Assembly: GCF_001194135.2 (NCBI RefSeq)
Contig: NC_069003.1
Coordinates: forward strand, 10,772,532 to 10,836,520
Origin: Octopus bimaculoides
Lineage: Eukaryota
Length of the DNA stretch: 63,989 nt
Direction of reading: 5' to 3'
The position numbers were made by a program, and so were the translations under genes. The stretch's first letter is position 1, and every line of letters begins with the position of its first letter. Shown in pieces: positions 12,134-24,095 of the stretch. Under the pieces are notes generated by a model. It saw only the letters and a program-made list of their open reading frames with translations. It searched no databases and was not told where the DNA came from.

Positions 12134-13239
12134 TGCAAGCACAGATACGGAAAACAAGTGGCCGATAGAGTCAAAAGTGAACTGGAAAGTTCTTTTAAAC
12201 TACTCCACATCATGTAAGGAAGACATGGGTAAAAATATAGTATGTGCTCTACCACTCGTTAACCGATTATTCCCAGGGAAATTACTGGTACTTCAACATG
12301 AGTAACTATAAACATATATGCATATATTTACATGCAAACACAGTCATACATACAAACACATATGCATACATTCATACCTACACACACACACAAACAAACC
12401 AGTATGCTTATTTGTTCAAACATTTATACACACACACATGCACATACACCGCCCATGTATGTATGTATGTATGTATATATACGCACAGACAGTTCAAGCT
12501 TATTCAGATATGCATTTTTTTTTGTTTTGGGAAATATGGGGTGAACTGGTTCAGAATATATATCTAAGCAGAGAAAAGCAAAACTAACAATAAATAGATT
12601 CTAGAAATCATTTAGAAACACCCAACACATACAATAGCTATCTATGCATGAATGAAAAAAGGCAAAGACTTCGCTCATACAGACATGTATTTATACGTTT
12701 GCGTATATAAATATCACATATATACATAATCACACGCACATCCAAACGGCTTTCAAGTGTGCTATTATCATTATTATTAGTTATAGCATTCACGGTTTTT
12801 AAAAAGACTGAAAAGAAACGAGGTGGGACACAATTGATTTACTTAATATAAAAGACAAAAGGTTCCAGAAAAATAGCTAGAATCCTTGAGTACATATATA
12901 TGTGTGCGTTACGTATGTATAATATGAGTTAACCTTATTGGCAAGAGAATATTAGCTGATATCGTCTATAGCAAAGTATTCTATATCCTATTATTACATA
13001 CTTATTTGGCATTCAGCATACACACACTCACACCTTTTTGGTGATATTCACTCCCTACGTATGAATGAGACACACACACATTATATATATATATAACTCA
13101 TTCATTAATACCGAGATATGTTCAGATTAAATACATGAATAAAATTAGGGGAAAAATCATCGTTACGGCAGTAAATGTAAATTAATGAGACGGGTGCTTT
13201 TTTTTTTGTTGTTTTTAACAGCGGTTTTATAAATGCACT

Positions 13240-13252
13240 GTGTCTATGTATG

Positions 13253-13330
<78 letters not shown>

Positions 13331-13883
13331 AACATTGTCATTTATTTACCTATTCATATACCCAAAACACACACACACATTATATATATATATATATATA
13401 TATAACGGATGTAGGCAGACAGATTGCTAAAGAAAGTCAGATCTGGAGAGAATCAGATATAGATAGACAGATGGTTAGAGATAAACGTGAATAGAAACAG
13501 GTTTAAATATATTTGAGATAGAAATAGGTAGTGGAGAGATATGGACATAGATAGATACATACATACATATATACATACAAACACTGGTACATAGACAGAT
13601 AGGTGTATAGGTATATAAAAACATGTAGAGATAGGTCGGTATGTAGGTAGGTGAAGATATACACAGATAAGGAAATGTATATAGAGACAGATAGGAATAT
13701 ATAAGCAGGTATGGACAGATAGAAAGATAGAGGGATTGAAGGCACCTAAAATACAGATAAATAGACACATACGTACATGCAGATGGGGATATATAGAGAG
13801 ATGGGAATATATAAGCTGACAGACATATAGAAAGAGGGAGGGACTGAAGGTATATATAGAAAGTGATAGAAATGTATACAAGT

Positions 13884-13959
<76 letters not shown>

Positions 13960-14189
13960 GGATGAAATAAAACGGATGGCAGAGAGCAGCATTTTCTTTG
14001 GCATCATGAATGATCAACATGAAGACCGACTGAAAGAAAAGAAAAAAAAATGAGACACTCAGGAACTAACACACACACAAACAAGAGATGATGGTGAGAC
14101 AGATAGACAGACATACATGAAACGGATTCGTACATCACACACACACGTACCTGTCTGTACTTATGTACGTATGTGTGTGTGTGTGTGTG

Positions 14190-14225
<36 letters not shown>

Positions 14226-14364
14226 CATCCATCCTCTATGTCTGCATATATGTATATATATATATATATGTATGAATATATATCACTATGTATATATCTA
14301 TTTTTATGTACCTTCAACCCTTCATCTATACATACGCATGTCTGTATCACTTTGAGGTATACGT

Positions 14365-14416
<52 letters not shown>
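13240..14416. repeat. Compound TA/CA/GATA/TACA microsatellite field
   Basis: Long (TA)n and (CA)n runs plus degenerate GATA/GACA sequence; source of many spurious ORFs. Confidence 0.9.
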
Positions 14417-14622
14417 NNNNNNNNNNNNNNNNNNNNNNNNNNNNNNNNNNNNNNNNNNNNNNNNNNNNNNNNNNNNNNNNNNNNNNNNNNNCACATTAAG
14501 AAAGTAAATAACTAATAATAATAATCATCATCATCATAATACTTAAACAACAAAATTCTAATGAAGAGGGAGCACTTATAGCCATCCATACATATATAGA
14601 CATCCATACATATATATATAAA

Positions 14623-14664
<42 letters not shown>

Positions 14665-14804
14665 GTATATAAATATGGAATGAATGAATATCTGATCGTG
14701 AGAGACATATGTTATGAAAGCAATTAAAAGTGATACGATAAATTAGGGAAATAAATATATGCATAGATATAATGGTTTTGTTTTTGTTTTTTTCTGAACA
14801 ATAC

Positions 14805-14906
14805 CTTTAAAGTCATCTTAACTTTCCACCTCGAGTGAAACGGGAAGTCCAACACAAGGCGCCATCATACAATGCTTATGACGACACAGATAACTCGACC
14901 AATCAG
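14805..14906 (-). promoter_or_regulatory. Candidate TSS region / first non-coding exon on the minus strand
   Basis: CCAATCAG (14899-14906), YY1-like ATGGCG on minus (14860-14865), CGGGAAGT (14841-14848) and a minus-strand AAG|GTATTG donor at 14804, in a short unique CpG-containing island among microsatellites. Confidence 0.3.
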
Positions 14907-15681
14907 ATCTCGGTGACGGTGGAAGGGAGGCAGATCATGTTTTTAATGGGTGTATGTGATACATAGACGTGTACGTCTGTGTGTGTGCGTGTATGTGTAA
15001 GTCAGTGCGTGAGTGTGTGTATGTAAACATGTGTGTACTTAAGTATATGTAAGTGATGTGTGTGTGTTCGTGTGCACTTATGTCTTNNNNNNNNNNGTAT
15101 GTGTAAGTCAGTGCGTGAGTGTGTGTATGTAAACATGTGTGTACTTAAGTATATGTAAGTGATGTGTGTGTGTTCGTGTGCACTTATGTCTTGTGTTATA
15201 TTTGGGGAGCTTGTTATGTTATATATATTTATTTTATATATATATTTGTTTCTTCTTTTCATTGGTTTTTTTTTCTCTTCCAACAGACTTCCCTTCAGGA
15301 ACGAGGCTGTTCACTTTTAGTTCTCTTAGCAATAGTTCGTCGTTATCCCCTGTCACATTTACCAACATATATATGTGTGACGTATAACATGTGCGTTTTA
15401 GTATGTATATGTATCACCTGTAGGGCCCATTTTTCTCTATGCATGTATATATGTTATCATGTATGCACGTATGTGTGTGTAGATAATACACACACGTGGA
15501 TGTAATGTATGTTTTTTGTGTGTCTATGTGTGAGAGAGAGTGCAGTACTTTTATGACAGAAGTTCAGTCAGTACATTGCATTGGTCTTGTTGAAAACATG
15601 ACAACCTCACTGGTGCTGATGTCAGTACATTCTGTAAAGTAGTTAGTGTCGAGGTGGGTATCTGGCTGTAGAAATCATTTG

Positions 15682-15713
<32 letters not shown>

Positions 15714-15819
15714 CCTTTGACATGACCAGGAGGCAGGGACAGAGAGTAAGAACCGACTTGGAACATGATGTCCTGTCCAAACCATGCCAATCTGGAAAGC
15801 AGATGTAAACTGGTGATGC

Positions 15820-16005
15820 TACTAATGAGGATGATGATGGTGGTAATGATGATGATGATGATGAAGAGGAGGAGGAGGAGGAAGAAGAAGAGGGGGCAGG
15901 TTGATGACAGTGATGATGATGATGACTATGACAGTGAAAATGATGATGATGATGATGATAGTGATATATATCATCATCATCATCATCATCAACATCATCA
16001 TCGTT
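15820..16005. repeat. Compound trinucleotide tract (GAT/GAG/GAC/CAT)
   Basis: Runs directly into the (CAT)n tail of a family E element. Confidence 0.9.
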
Positions 16006-16165
16006 TAACGTCCGCTTTCCATGCTAGCATGGGTTGGACGATTTGACTGAGGACTGGTGAACCAGGTGGCTACACCAGGCTCCAGTCTGATTTGGCAGAG
16101 TTTCTACAGCTGGATGCCCTTCCTAACACCAACCACTCCGAGAGTGTACTTAAGTATATGTAAGT

Positions 16166-16203
<38 letters not shown>

Positions 16204-16301
16204 TGTATGTATAATATACACACTTTTTTTTTACCGTGTCCTCATGTTATTTATAATTTTTGCACTGCATATATACATATATATATATATGTATGTATTG
16301 T

Positions 16302-16560
16302 GAAGGCGCGTGGCCTAATGGTTACGCTGTTGCACTCATGATCGCCAGATCATGGGTTCGATTCCCTGACTGGGCAGCATGTTGTGTTCTTGAGCAAAAC
16401 ACTTCATTTCACGTTGCTCCAGTACCCCACTTCAACCAGGGGCGGGGTAACATTGGTCTGCTGACCTAGTCAGTAGGGTGGTGTCATTTGAAGGCTAAAA
16501 CAAGGCAAAAGTGGATTGTGACCAGCAATGTGTAACAAGATCTGATAGCCTGGTCGGCCA
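16302..16560 (+). mobile_element. tRNA-derived SINE family D
   Basis: GAAGGCGCGTGGCCTAATGG..GGTTCGATTCC..GAGCAAAACACTTCATTTCACGTTGCTCCAGT; second copy at about 7357-7620. Confidence 0.7.
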
Positions 16561-17094
16561 CACGATCACATGATGTGTACATATGAGTTTGTGTGTCTTT
16601 ATGGCTGTCTTTATGTTAACAGACTTGTGTGATTAAGAAGCTTGCCTCCCAACCACATGGTTTTAGGTTCAGTCCCACTGTGTGGTACCTTAGGCAAGTG
16701 TTTTCTTCTATAGTCCAGATCCATGTGAGTGGATCTGGTTGATGGAAACTAAAAGGAGCCCATTCTGTGTGTGTGTGTACATATATATATAGAGATAGCA
16801 GTGTACTGAAGTAAATGAACCACTGACTATGTATATATGAGATTACTGAGAGAGGAATTGGGACCATGGAGACAAGTTGCATATGAAGTGAGAGGTGCAT
16901 ATCTCATTTGTAACACTTCACATGCAAATACAGGATTATTAACCATCTAGTCCACTTTGCTGAGTGGTTGAAGTTAGGAAAGGTATCCAGCTGTAAAAAT
17001 CCTACCAAAACAGTCACAGAAGTCTGGTGCAAGCTTTGGCCTGGCTGGCTCTTGTGGTACCATCCCAGCCATACTAGCATAGAACACAGACGAC

Positions 17095-17210
17095 AATAAT
17101 AATAATAATAATAAGAAGAAGAAGAAGAAGAAGATGAAGAAAAAAAAGACGACAAAGAAGAAGAAGAAGACGATGACGATGAAGAAGAAGAAGAAGAAGA
17201 AGAAGAAAAA
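17095..17210. repeat. Compound trinucleotide tract (AAT/AAG/GAC/GAT)
   Basis: Direct reading of the sequence. Confidence 0.9.
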
Positions 17211-17704
17211 GAATCATTTCCGCTATAGGTACAAGGGCCAGCAATTTTGAGTAGAGGGGGCAAGGCAAGACCCCAGTACTTGACTGATACTTTATTTCAT
17301 TGACTGTGAAGGATGAAAGGCAAAAATGTTGATCNNNNNNNNNNNNNNNNNNNNNNNNNNNNNNNNNNNNNNNNNNNNNNNNNNNNNNNNNNNNNNNNNN
17401 NNNNNNNNNNNNNNNNNNNNNNNNNNNNNNNNNNNNNNNNNNNNNNNNNNNNNNNNNNNNNNNNNNNNNNNNNNNNNNNNNNNNNNNNNNNNNNNNNNNN
17501 NNNNNNNNNNNNNNNNNNNNNNNNNNNNNNNNNNNNNNNNNNNTTATTGACCTCCGAAAGGATGACAGGCAAAGTCGACCTCGGTAGAATTTGAACTCAG
17601 AATGTAAAGATGGATAAAATGCAAACTAAGCATTTTGCTTGGTGTGGTAACAATTCTGCCAGGTTGCTGTCTTATACCCTCATGGTAATAATAATAACAA
17701 TAAT

Positions 17705-17754
<50 letters not shown>

Positions 17755-18845
17755 TGATGATGATAATGGTTTCAAATTTTACCACAGAGATAGCTGTTTT
17801 GGGGGAAGGGACTAGTTGATTACATCAACCCCAGTGTTTCCCTAGTACTTAATTTATTGACCCCGAAAGGATGAAAGGTAGTCGACCTCGGTGGAATTTG
17901 AACTCTGAATGTGAAGACAGATGAAATACCACTAAGCGTTTCACCCAGCATGCTAATGATTCTGCCATCTCGCTGTGTTGGTAATAATAATAATAATAAC
18001 AACAACAACAGCAACAACAACAACAATAATATTAATAATAATAATAAATAGAAGTAACTTGAATGTGGAGCCTAAAAACAGAAACAATTCCTATCATAGT
18101 GGGTGCATTAGGTATGATAAAAAATCATTCAGACAAATACATAACAAAAACACCAGGACTAACAAATATATATAATATACAGAAAATAACACTACTAGGC
18201 ACCGAACACATCCCACAAAAAACACTTTCAATACAGTAAAAATGAGAGCACCACAACAAACCACAGCACATACCCAAGGCTCACAGAGCTGTGCTCGGTA
18301 CTGAAGTGAAAGGTCGTGATAAAAATAAGACTACTGAATAATAATGTTTTCTTTATATTAACCACTAAGGGTTCATGCAAAATAGTGGGGACAGTGCAGG
18401 ACAATAACATGTGGGGTTACATAAAAGGTGTGTAAAAAATAAAAGCCATAACAAAATAAAATTATATCACTGAATAATTCCTCAAAAGAAGGAGACTTCC
18501 TAAGGCTGCTCATGGAGACTCTACAAAACCATGGTTGTTCTGACCACTAGGGCAAGTGCCCTCTTCACATTGTCTTTCTTCAGCCTTACAAGCACATACT
18601 TAGAGGAGGCCTATTCACTCGAGTCATTCTTACATTCACCCACCTTTTAACAAGTACTGGGATGCAGTACTTCCCTCACTTTCCCTTCCAAGTAAAACTT
18701 GAAAAAGTTGATAAAGGCTGGGTCAAAAGGAGAGTGTCTGTCTTCAGCCTTCATTTCACATTGCTCCAGTGCACTCAGCTAGCAAAAGTAAGTAAATCCT
18801 AAGATGAACTGGCACCCCATCCAGGAGAAAATATATATATGTATG

Positions 18846-18923
<78 letters not shown>

Positions 18924-20924
18924 CATCAGAAAATCAAGGAAATTGGCCTTATGAGCAATACGGGGCAGTGACACACGTGGCTTCTGATTTAAGCTGATGG
19001 GAAGTGTTAATATGTACATGCCTTGTCATGGTGTAAAAGATGAGTTACATCAAATATCCTGCTCAATACCANNNNNNNNNNNNNNNNNNNNNNNNNNNNN
19101 NNNNNNNNNNNNNNNNNNNNNNNNNNNNNNNNNNNNNNNNNNNNNNNNNNNNNNNNNNNNNNNNNNNNNNNNNNNNNNNNNNNNNNNNNNNNNNNNNNNN
19201 NNNNNNNNNNNNNNNNNNNNNNNNNNNNNNNNNNNNNNNNNNNNNNNNNNNNNNNNNNNNNNNNNNNNNNNNNNNNNNNNNNNNNNNNNNNNNNNNNNNN
19301 NNNNNNNNNNNNNNNNNNNNNNNNNNNNNNNNNNNNNNNNNNNNNNNNNNNNNNNNNNNNNNNNNNNNNNNNNNNNNNNNNNNNNNNNNNNNNNNNNNNN
19401 NNNNNNNNNNNNNNNNNNNNNNNNNNNNNNNNNNNNNNNNNNNNNNNNNNNNNNNNNNNNNNNNNNNNNNNNNNNNNNNNNNNNNNNNNNNNNNNNNNNN
19501 NNNNNNNNNNNNNNNNNNNNNNNNNNNNNNNNNNNNNNNNNNNNNNNNNNNNNNNNNNNNNNNNNNNNNNNNNNNNNNNNNNNNNNNNNNNNNNNNNNNN
19601 NNNNNNNNNNNNNNNNNNNNNNNNNNNNNNNNNNNNNNNNNNNNNNNNNNNNNNNNNNNNNNNNNNNNNNNNNNNNNNNNNNNNNNNNNNNNNNNNNNNN
19701 NNNNNNNNNNNNNNNNNNNNNNNNNNNNNNNNNNNNNNNNNNNNNNNNNNNNNNNNNNNNNNNNNNNNNNNNNNNNNNNNNNNNNNNNNNNNNNNNNNNN
19801 NNNNNNNNNNNNNNNNNNNNNNNNNNNNNNNNNNNNNNNNNNNNNNNNNNNNNNNNNNNNNNNNNNNNNNNNNNNNNNNNNNNNNNNNNNNNNNNNNNNN
19901 NNNNNNNNNNNNNNNNNNNNNNNNNNNNNNNNNNNNNNNNNNNNNNNNNNTATATATATATATATATATACATATACATACACACACACACATAAACACA
20001 CATACACAGACACACACAGATTAATTGATAGATAGATAGATATATAGATAGAGACATACATACATACATGCATACGTGTTTATTTTTATATTATGTTTAT
20101 ATACAAAACCAATTTAACATTAAACTGAAAGATGACTCAATACTTTTAGTTTAGTACATGTTTATATGTTTATTAGACCTTCACAAGGGAAAGGTTAACT
20201 GTGACTTCAATGTTTTGGTTTGCTTGCCTTCCTCAATCTATCTATCTATCTATCTATCTATCTATTTGTCTGTCTGTCCATCTCTCTATCTATCTGTCCG
20301 TCTGTCTCTATCTTTCTGCCTATCTGTACATACATACATACATGCATACACACGAATATGTTTAGTCCCATACACATCAGAGCTCGCTATATATGCTTTT
20401 TCTTGCATCCAAACAAACAGTTTATTTCACCTTTCCAATTCTCACACAAAGAAGAAAATTTAATGACTGACTGGATAGTTTTCAGTCAGCTTATTCTGGA
20501 TATACAGAGTAATTTGGTCTACAGAGAGAATATTACATCGACCTCAGTGGTACTTAATTTATCGACTCCAAAAGGATGAAAGGCAAAGTCGACTTCGGCG
20601 GAAATTGAACTCAGAACACAAAGACAGATGAAATACCGCTAAGCATTTCGCCCGGCGTGCTAACGTTTCCGTCAGATCGTCGCCTTCTACTGGTAGAATA
20701 TTGTTGTTATGACAGGCGAACCTATGTCGACAGTTTACGAAATTCAAGCATTACAATAGTATAAGGGAGGTAACTCTATATGAATCGAAGTTATTTTAGT
20801 TCTGAGTATTTGTGTATTTGAATTCTTGTAAACTAAAAAACTACATATTATACTTGATACGAACGTATGATTTACAAATATAGGGAAGAGCGTAAAATTA
20901 GAGATATATAGGAACTGATAATAC

Positions 20925-21500
20925 AGGTAGTGGATGCCCTGATCTAGTACTAGGCCGTGGCTCCCATGGCTTTTGATCTTAACTGATTAGAAGTGTTATG
21001 TACATTGTTGTGTCTTGGTATAAAAGATGGGCTACAGCAAATATTCTGCTCAATAACACAGATTTGCTTGTCAGTTGCTTGATTTTAACCAGTTGAGCAT
21101 GTCCCTTGGTGGCTGACAGTATGTGCATCTCTGATCACGAGCAGAAGTAGTGGGGGAGCATCATAGCCATGTGTTGAGAGGAATTCTTTGGGGTTTGGAT
21201 AATTTACCTTTGGAAACATGGGTGTTTTGTTCATCATCCTTAAACAAATCTTATTCAGGGACTTTTGAGCAGGATGGGCTACTCGACCTGAAGAAAATTC
21301 TAACTGGGCCCCACTTGCAATGTCATGCGCTGTTTATCTTGGTATGAGATCACCATGTCACGCATATATGGTTGTGATGCATGTGCCTAGTGTACCCTTA
21401 TCAGACGGGTAGTCATGATGGGTATACTGGGCTTCGTATATTTGTACTCCAGTGTCACTTTGATGTCATGCGCTACTCTCTCCCTCACTCACTCAATAAT
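20925..21500 (+). mobile_element. About 570-bp interspersed retroelement ending in (AAT)n
   Basis: Inverted partial copy at about 22527-22800 and a fragment at about 18985-19071. Confidence 0.6.
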
Positions 21501-21689
21501 AATAATGATAATAATAATAATCCTTTCTACTATAGGTACAAGGCCTGAAATTTTGGGGGAGGGGAGTAGTCAATTACATCTCCCCCACCCACCCCACAAT
21601 GTTTCACTTGTACTTAATTTATCGAACAATAAAAAACAATATAAATTAAACAATGTAAAGCTCCCAATAGGAGAGGCGCTTTAAAGGTC

Positions 21690-22010
21690 CTCGTGGAAAA
21701 ACCCACAAAAGCCATGAATGTCTGATCTTTTATTTTTACAGGTGTATACTCAGAATTGATCCTTTCACACTGGCCATTCTTCCAACATTCACCCACCTTT
21801 CAATAAACTTGCTAGAAGTCAACACTTCCTTATCCACTCTCAATTCATTCTTCAGGTGAAACTTGAAGAAGCTAATGAGGGCTTGGCCAAAGAGGAAAGT
21901 GTCTGACTTTAGCCCTTTCAAGCGACTCCACCATACTATCTCTTTCGTTACAGCCACCAGACAAATTAAAAATTGCTTGCCTCTCCCGGCCAAATGGGGG
22001 TGGCGAGGCA
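21690..22010 (-). mobile_element. Probable L1/Tx1-clade LINE C-terminal remnant
   Basis: LVAVTKEIVWWSRLKG...ALISFFKFHLKNELRVDKEVLTSSKFIERWVNV; a related degraded copy at about 18500-18750 (AFINFFKFYLEGKVR..KRWVNV). Clade assignment is tentative. Confidence 0.45.
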
Positions 22011-22225
22011 AACTTCACTATGGATTCAGCTGATAGCCGGGTCTGTCCTACACGCGACAGAAGGTGTTCGACATAAACCCACAGGTCAGCAATGCACGGA
22101 CACTAGACGAGAGCGTGCAGAACGGTTTCGTCACTCTGCTCGCACCTTGATAATCCTTTCTGCTATGAACACAAGGTATTAATTTTTGTGGGAGGAGGCT
22201 AGTCTCAACTAGTATTTATTTTATC

Positions 22226-22424
22226 GGTAAATTTTCAGATTAACACCCGCACGATTTTCACTAGGGTGTTAGGGTTAGCGTTATTTTTGGGGTTAGGGTT
22301 AGGGTTTTAGTGTCAGGGTTAGGGAATTCCGTCCCTAACCGTAACCGTAACCCTAACCCCTAACCGTAACCCTAACCCTAACACCCTAGTGAAAATCGTG
22401 TAGGTGTTAATCTGAAAATTTACC
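22226..22424. mobile_element. 199-bp MITE, Merlin-like, containing inverted telomeric repeats
   Basis: TIRs over 55 bp starting GGTAAATTTTCAGATTAACACC; 8-bp TSD ATTTTATC (22218-22225 / 22425-22432); interior TTAGGG-like then CCCTAA-like repeats; splits a SINE fragment. GGNRM termini plus 8-bp TSD fit Merlin (inference). Confidence 0.7.
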
Positions 22425-23392
22425 ATTTTATCGTCACCGAAAAGATGAAAAGACAAGTGTGGATATAAACGTACAGGCATAGTCAAGTGGTTAGGAAGCC
22501 CGCTTTGTATTTACAATCACGTAGTCCCTGAATAAGGTTCGTTTAAAGATGTTGAGCAAAACACCCATGTTTCCAAAGGTGAATTATTCAAACCCCAAAG
22601 AATTCCTCTCAACACATGGCTATGATGCTCCCCCACTACTTCTGCTCATGATCAGAGATGCACATATCGTCAACCACCAAGAGACATGCTCAACTGGTTA
22701 AAGGTCAAACAACTGACAAGCAAATCTGTGGTATTGAGCAGAATATTTGCTGTAGCCCATCTTTTTATACCAAGACAGAACAAGGTACATGTATTATTAT
22801 TATTATTAGGGCGGCGAGCTGGGAGAATCGTCAGCACGCCGGGCAAAATGCTTAGCGGCATTTCGTCCGTCTTTACGTTCCGAGTTCAAATTCCACCGAG
22901 ATCGACTTTGCTTTCATCTTTAAGGGGTCGATAAATTAAGTACCAGTGGAACACTGGCGTCGATGTAATCAACTAGTCGCCTCCCCACAAACTTCAAGCC
23001 TTGTGGCTTTAGTAGAAAGGACAAGGTGTCTAGCAGCATTCGTTCAGGCTCTTCATTTTCTGAGTTCAAATTCTGGCAGGGCCGACTTTTGCCTTTCATC
23101 CTTTCGGGGTCAAGTACTGGGATCGATGTAATCAGTTTGCCTCCTCTTATTAGAATTGCTGGTTTTGTGACAAAATTATAATTATTTGGGCCCAGGTCAG
23201 CTCTAAGCCAACAGACTGACGATCAAATAGTGTCCAGAGCAAGACCATTCCGTACATTTTCAGCGATATTTTTTTTCAGTATCTTAGAACTACGCGATCC
23301 AATGTGTCTTTTTACTTTAAGACTGTAGTAAGGTATGATTAGAGGGGGATTTGGCCACTATTTCTAGTAGGACGAGAGATCATGCAGTGAAT

Positions 23393-23560
23393 CTGTCTGC
23401 ATATTTCTTTGTCTGTTCGTTTCTCTATCTCTCTTTCTCTCCTATTCTGTGTTTCTCTTTGAGTCTGTCTGTCTCTCATTTCTCTCTGTCTCTTTCTTTT
23501 TATCTCTGTTCCTTTCTTATTCTCTGTATCTTCCTTTCTCTCTTTGTCTCTGCATGTCTG

Positions 23561-23606
<46 letters not shown>

Positions 23607-23838
23607 TATATCTCTCCCACTCTCATTCACATTCTTTATGTCTGTGTCTCTTTCTTGCCTTTCTCCCTCTTTCTTTTCTCTCTCACTACTGCCTTCTTTT
23701 CCACCACTCTCTTTATCTCGTTTTTCTTACTCTTTCTCTCTGTTTATCTCTTTCCTCCTACCGCTTCCCTGTCTCTGTCTTTCGCCCTCTTTCTTTTTTT
23801 CTTTCTCTTTATCTAGTCTATCTCTGTCCCTCTCTCTC
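23393..23838. repeat. About 440-bp CT-rich polypyrimidine tract
   Basis: Degenerate (CT)n/(TCTG)n/(CTTT)n with a perfect (CT)n core, ending about 170 bp upstream of the PRKCSH ATG. Confidence 0.9.
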
Positions 23839-23919
23839 AACCAATCAATCATTCAACTGCAAACCGCAGCTTATTGTCACAGTGAGTTATCTCCCCGCTA
23901 TTTCTCAGACTCAACAAAA

Positions 23920-23930
23920 TGCGCATGCGT
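23920..23930 (+). promoter_or_regulatory. NRF1/Ewg-like palindromic site (TGCGCATGCGT) in the putative PRKCSH promoter
   Basis: Matches the first 10 positions of YGCGCAYGCGCR, 78 bp upstream of the ATG in a locally CpG-rich unique stretch. Function inferred. Confidence 0.5.
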
Positions 23931-24007
23931 ATTCTGTCATTATTAGTGCATTAAACACATAAGTAAGACGTGTCATAACCCTGAGACAGGTGACCGGGTC
24001 TTAAAAG

Positions 24008-24095
24008 ATGTTTCTCCTTAAATTATGTCTAATTTTCAATTCTTTTTACATGTCGAAGGCCAGCGTACCTCGTCCTCGGGGTGTATCGATAACCA
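24008..24095 (+). CDS. PRKCSH: PRKCSH coding exon 1 ([29 protein letters not shown])
   Basis: ATG at 24008 with an in-frame TAA at 24002-24004. Hydrophobic N-terminus followed by the conserved PRPRGVS. Donor A|GTAAGT, phase 1. Confidence 0.88.

Noticed and set aside
14991-15192. Perfect 96-bp tandem duplication
   Set aside because: The copies (14991-15086 and 15097-15192) are identical and separated by a 10-N gap, typical of unmerged overlapping contig ends.
15765-16046. ORF with poly-M, K/R, poly-D and poly-H blocks resembling a nuclear protein
   Set aside because: It is a chain of trinucleotide microsatellites merging with a retroelement tail; no splice context or domain.
11291-20073. Long track ORFs (up to 339 aa) at 11291-12255, 17297-17594 and 18997-20073; similarly 28072-28538 and 48149-48869
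   Set aside because: They stay open only because they run through N-gaps and TA/CA repeats.
23351-23962. 203-aa and 165-aa S/L/F-rich ORFs
   Set aside because: Translation of the CT-rich tract.
23963-24007. Possible 5'UTR intron (GTAAGA...AAAG|ATG)
   Set aside because: Only about 45 nt long with no pyrimidine tract.
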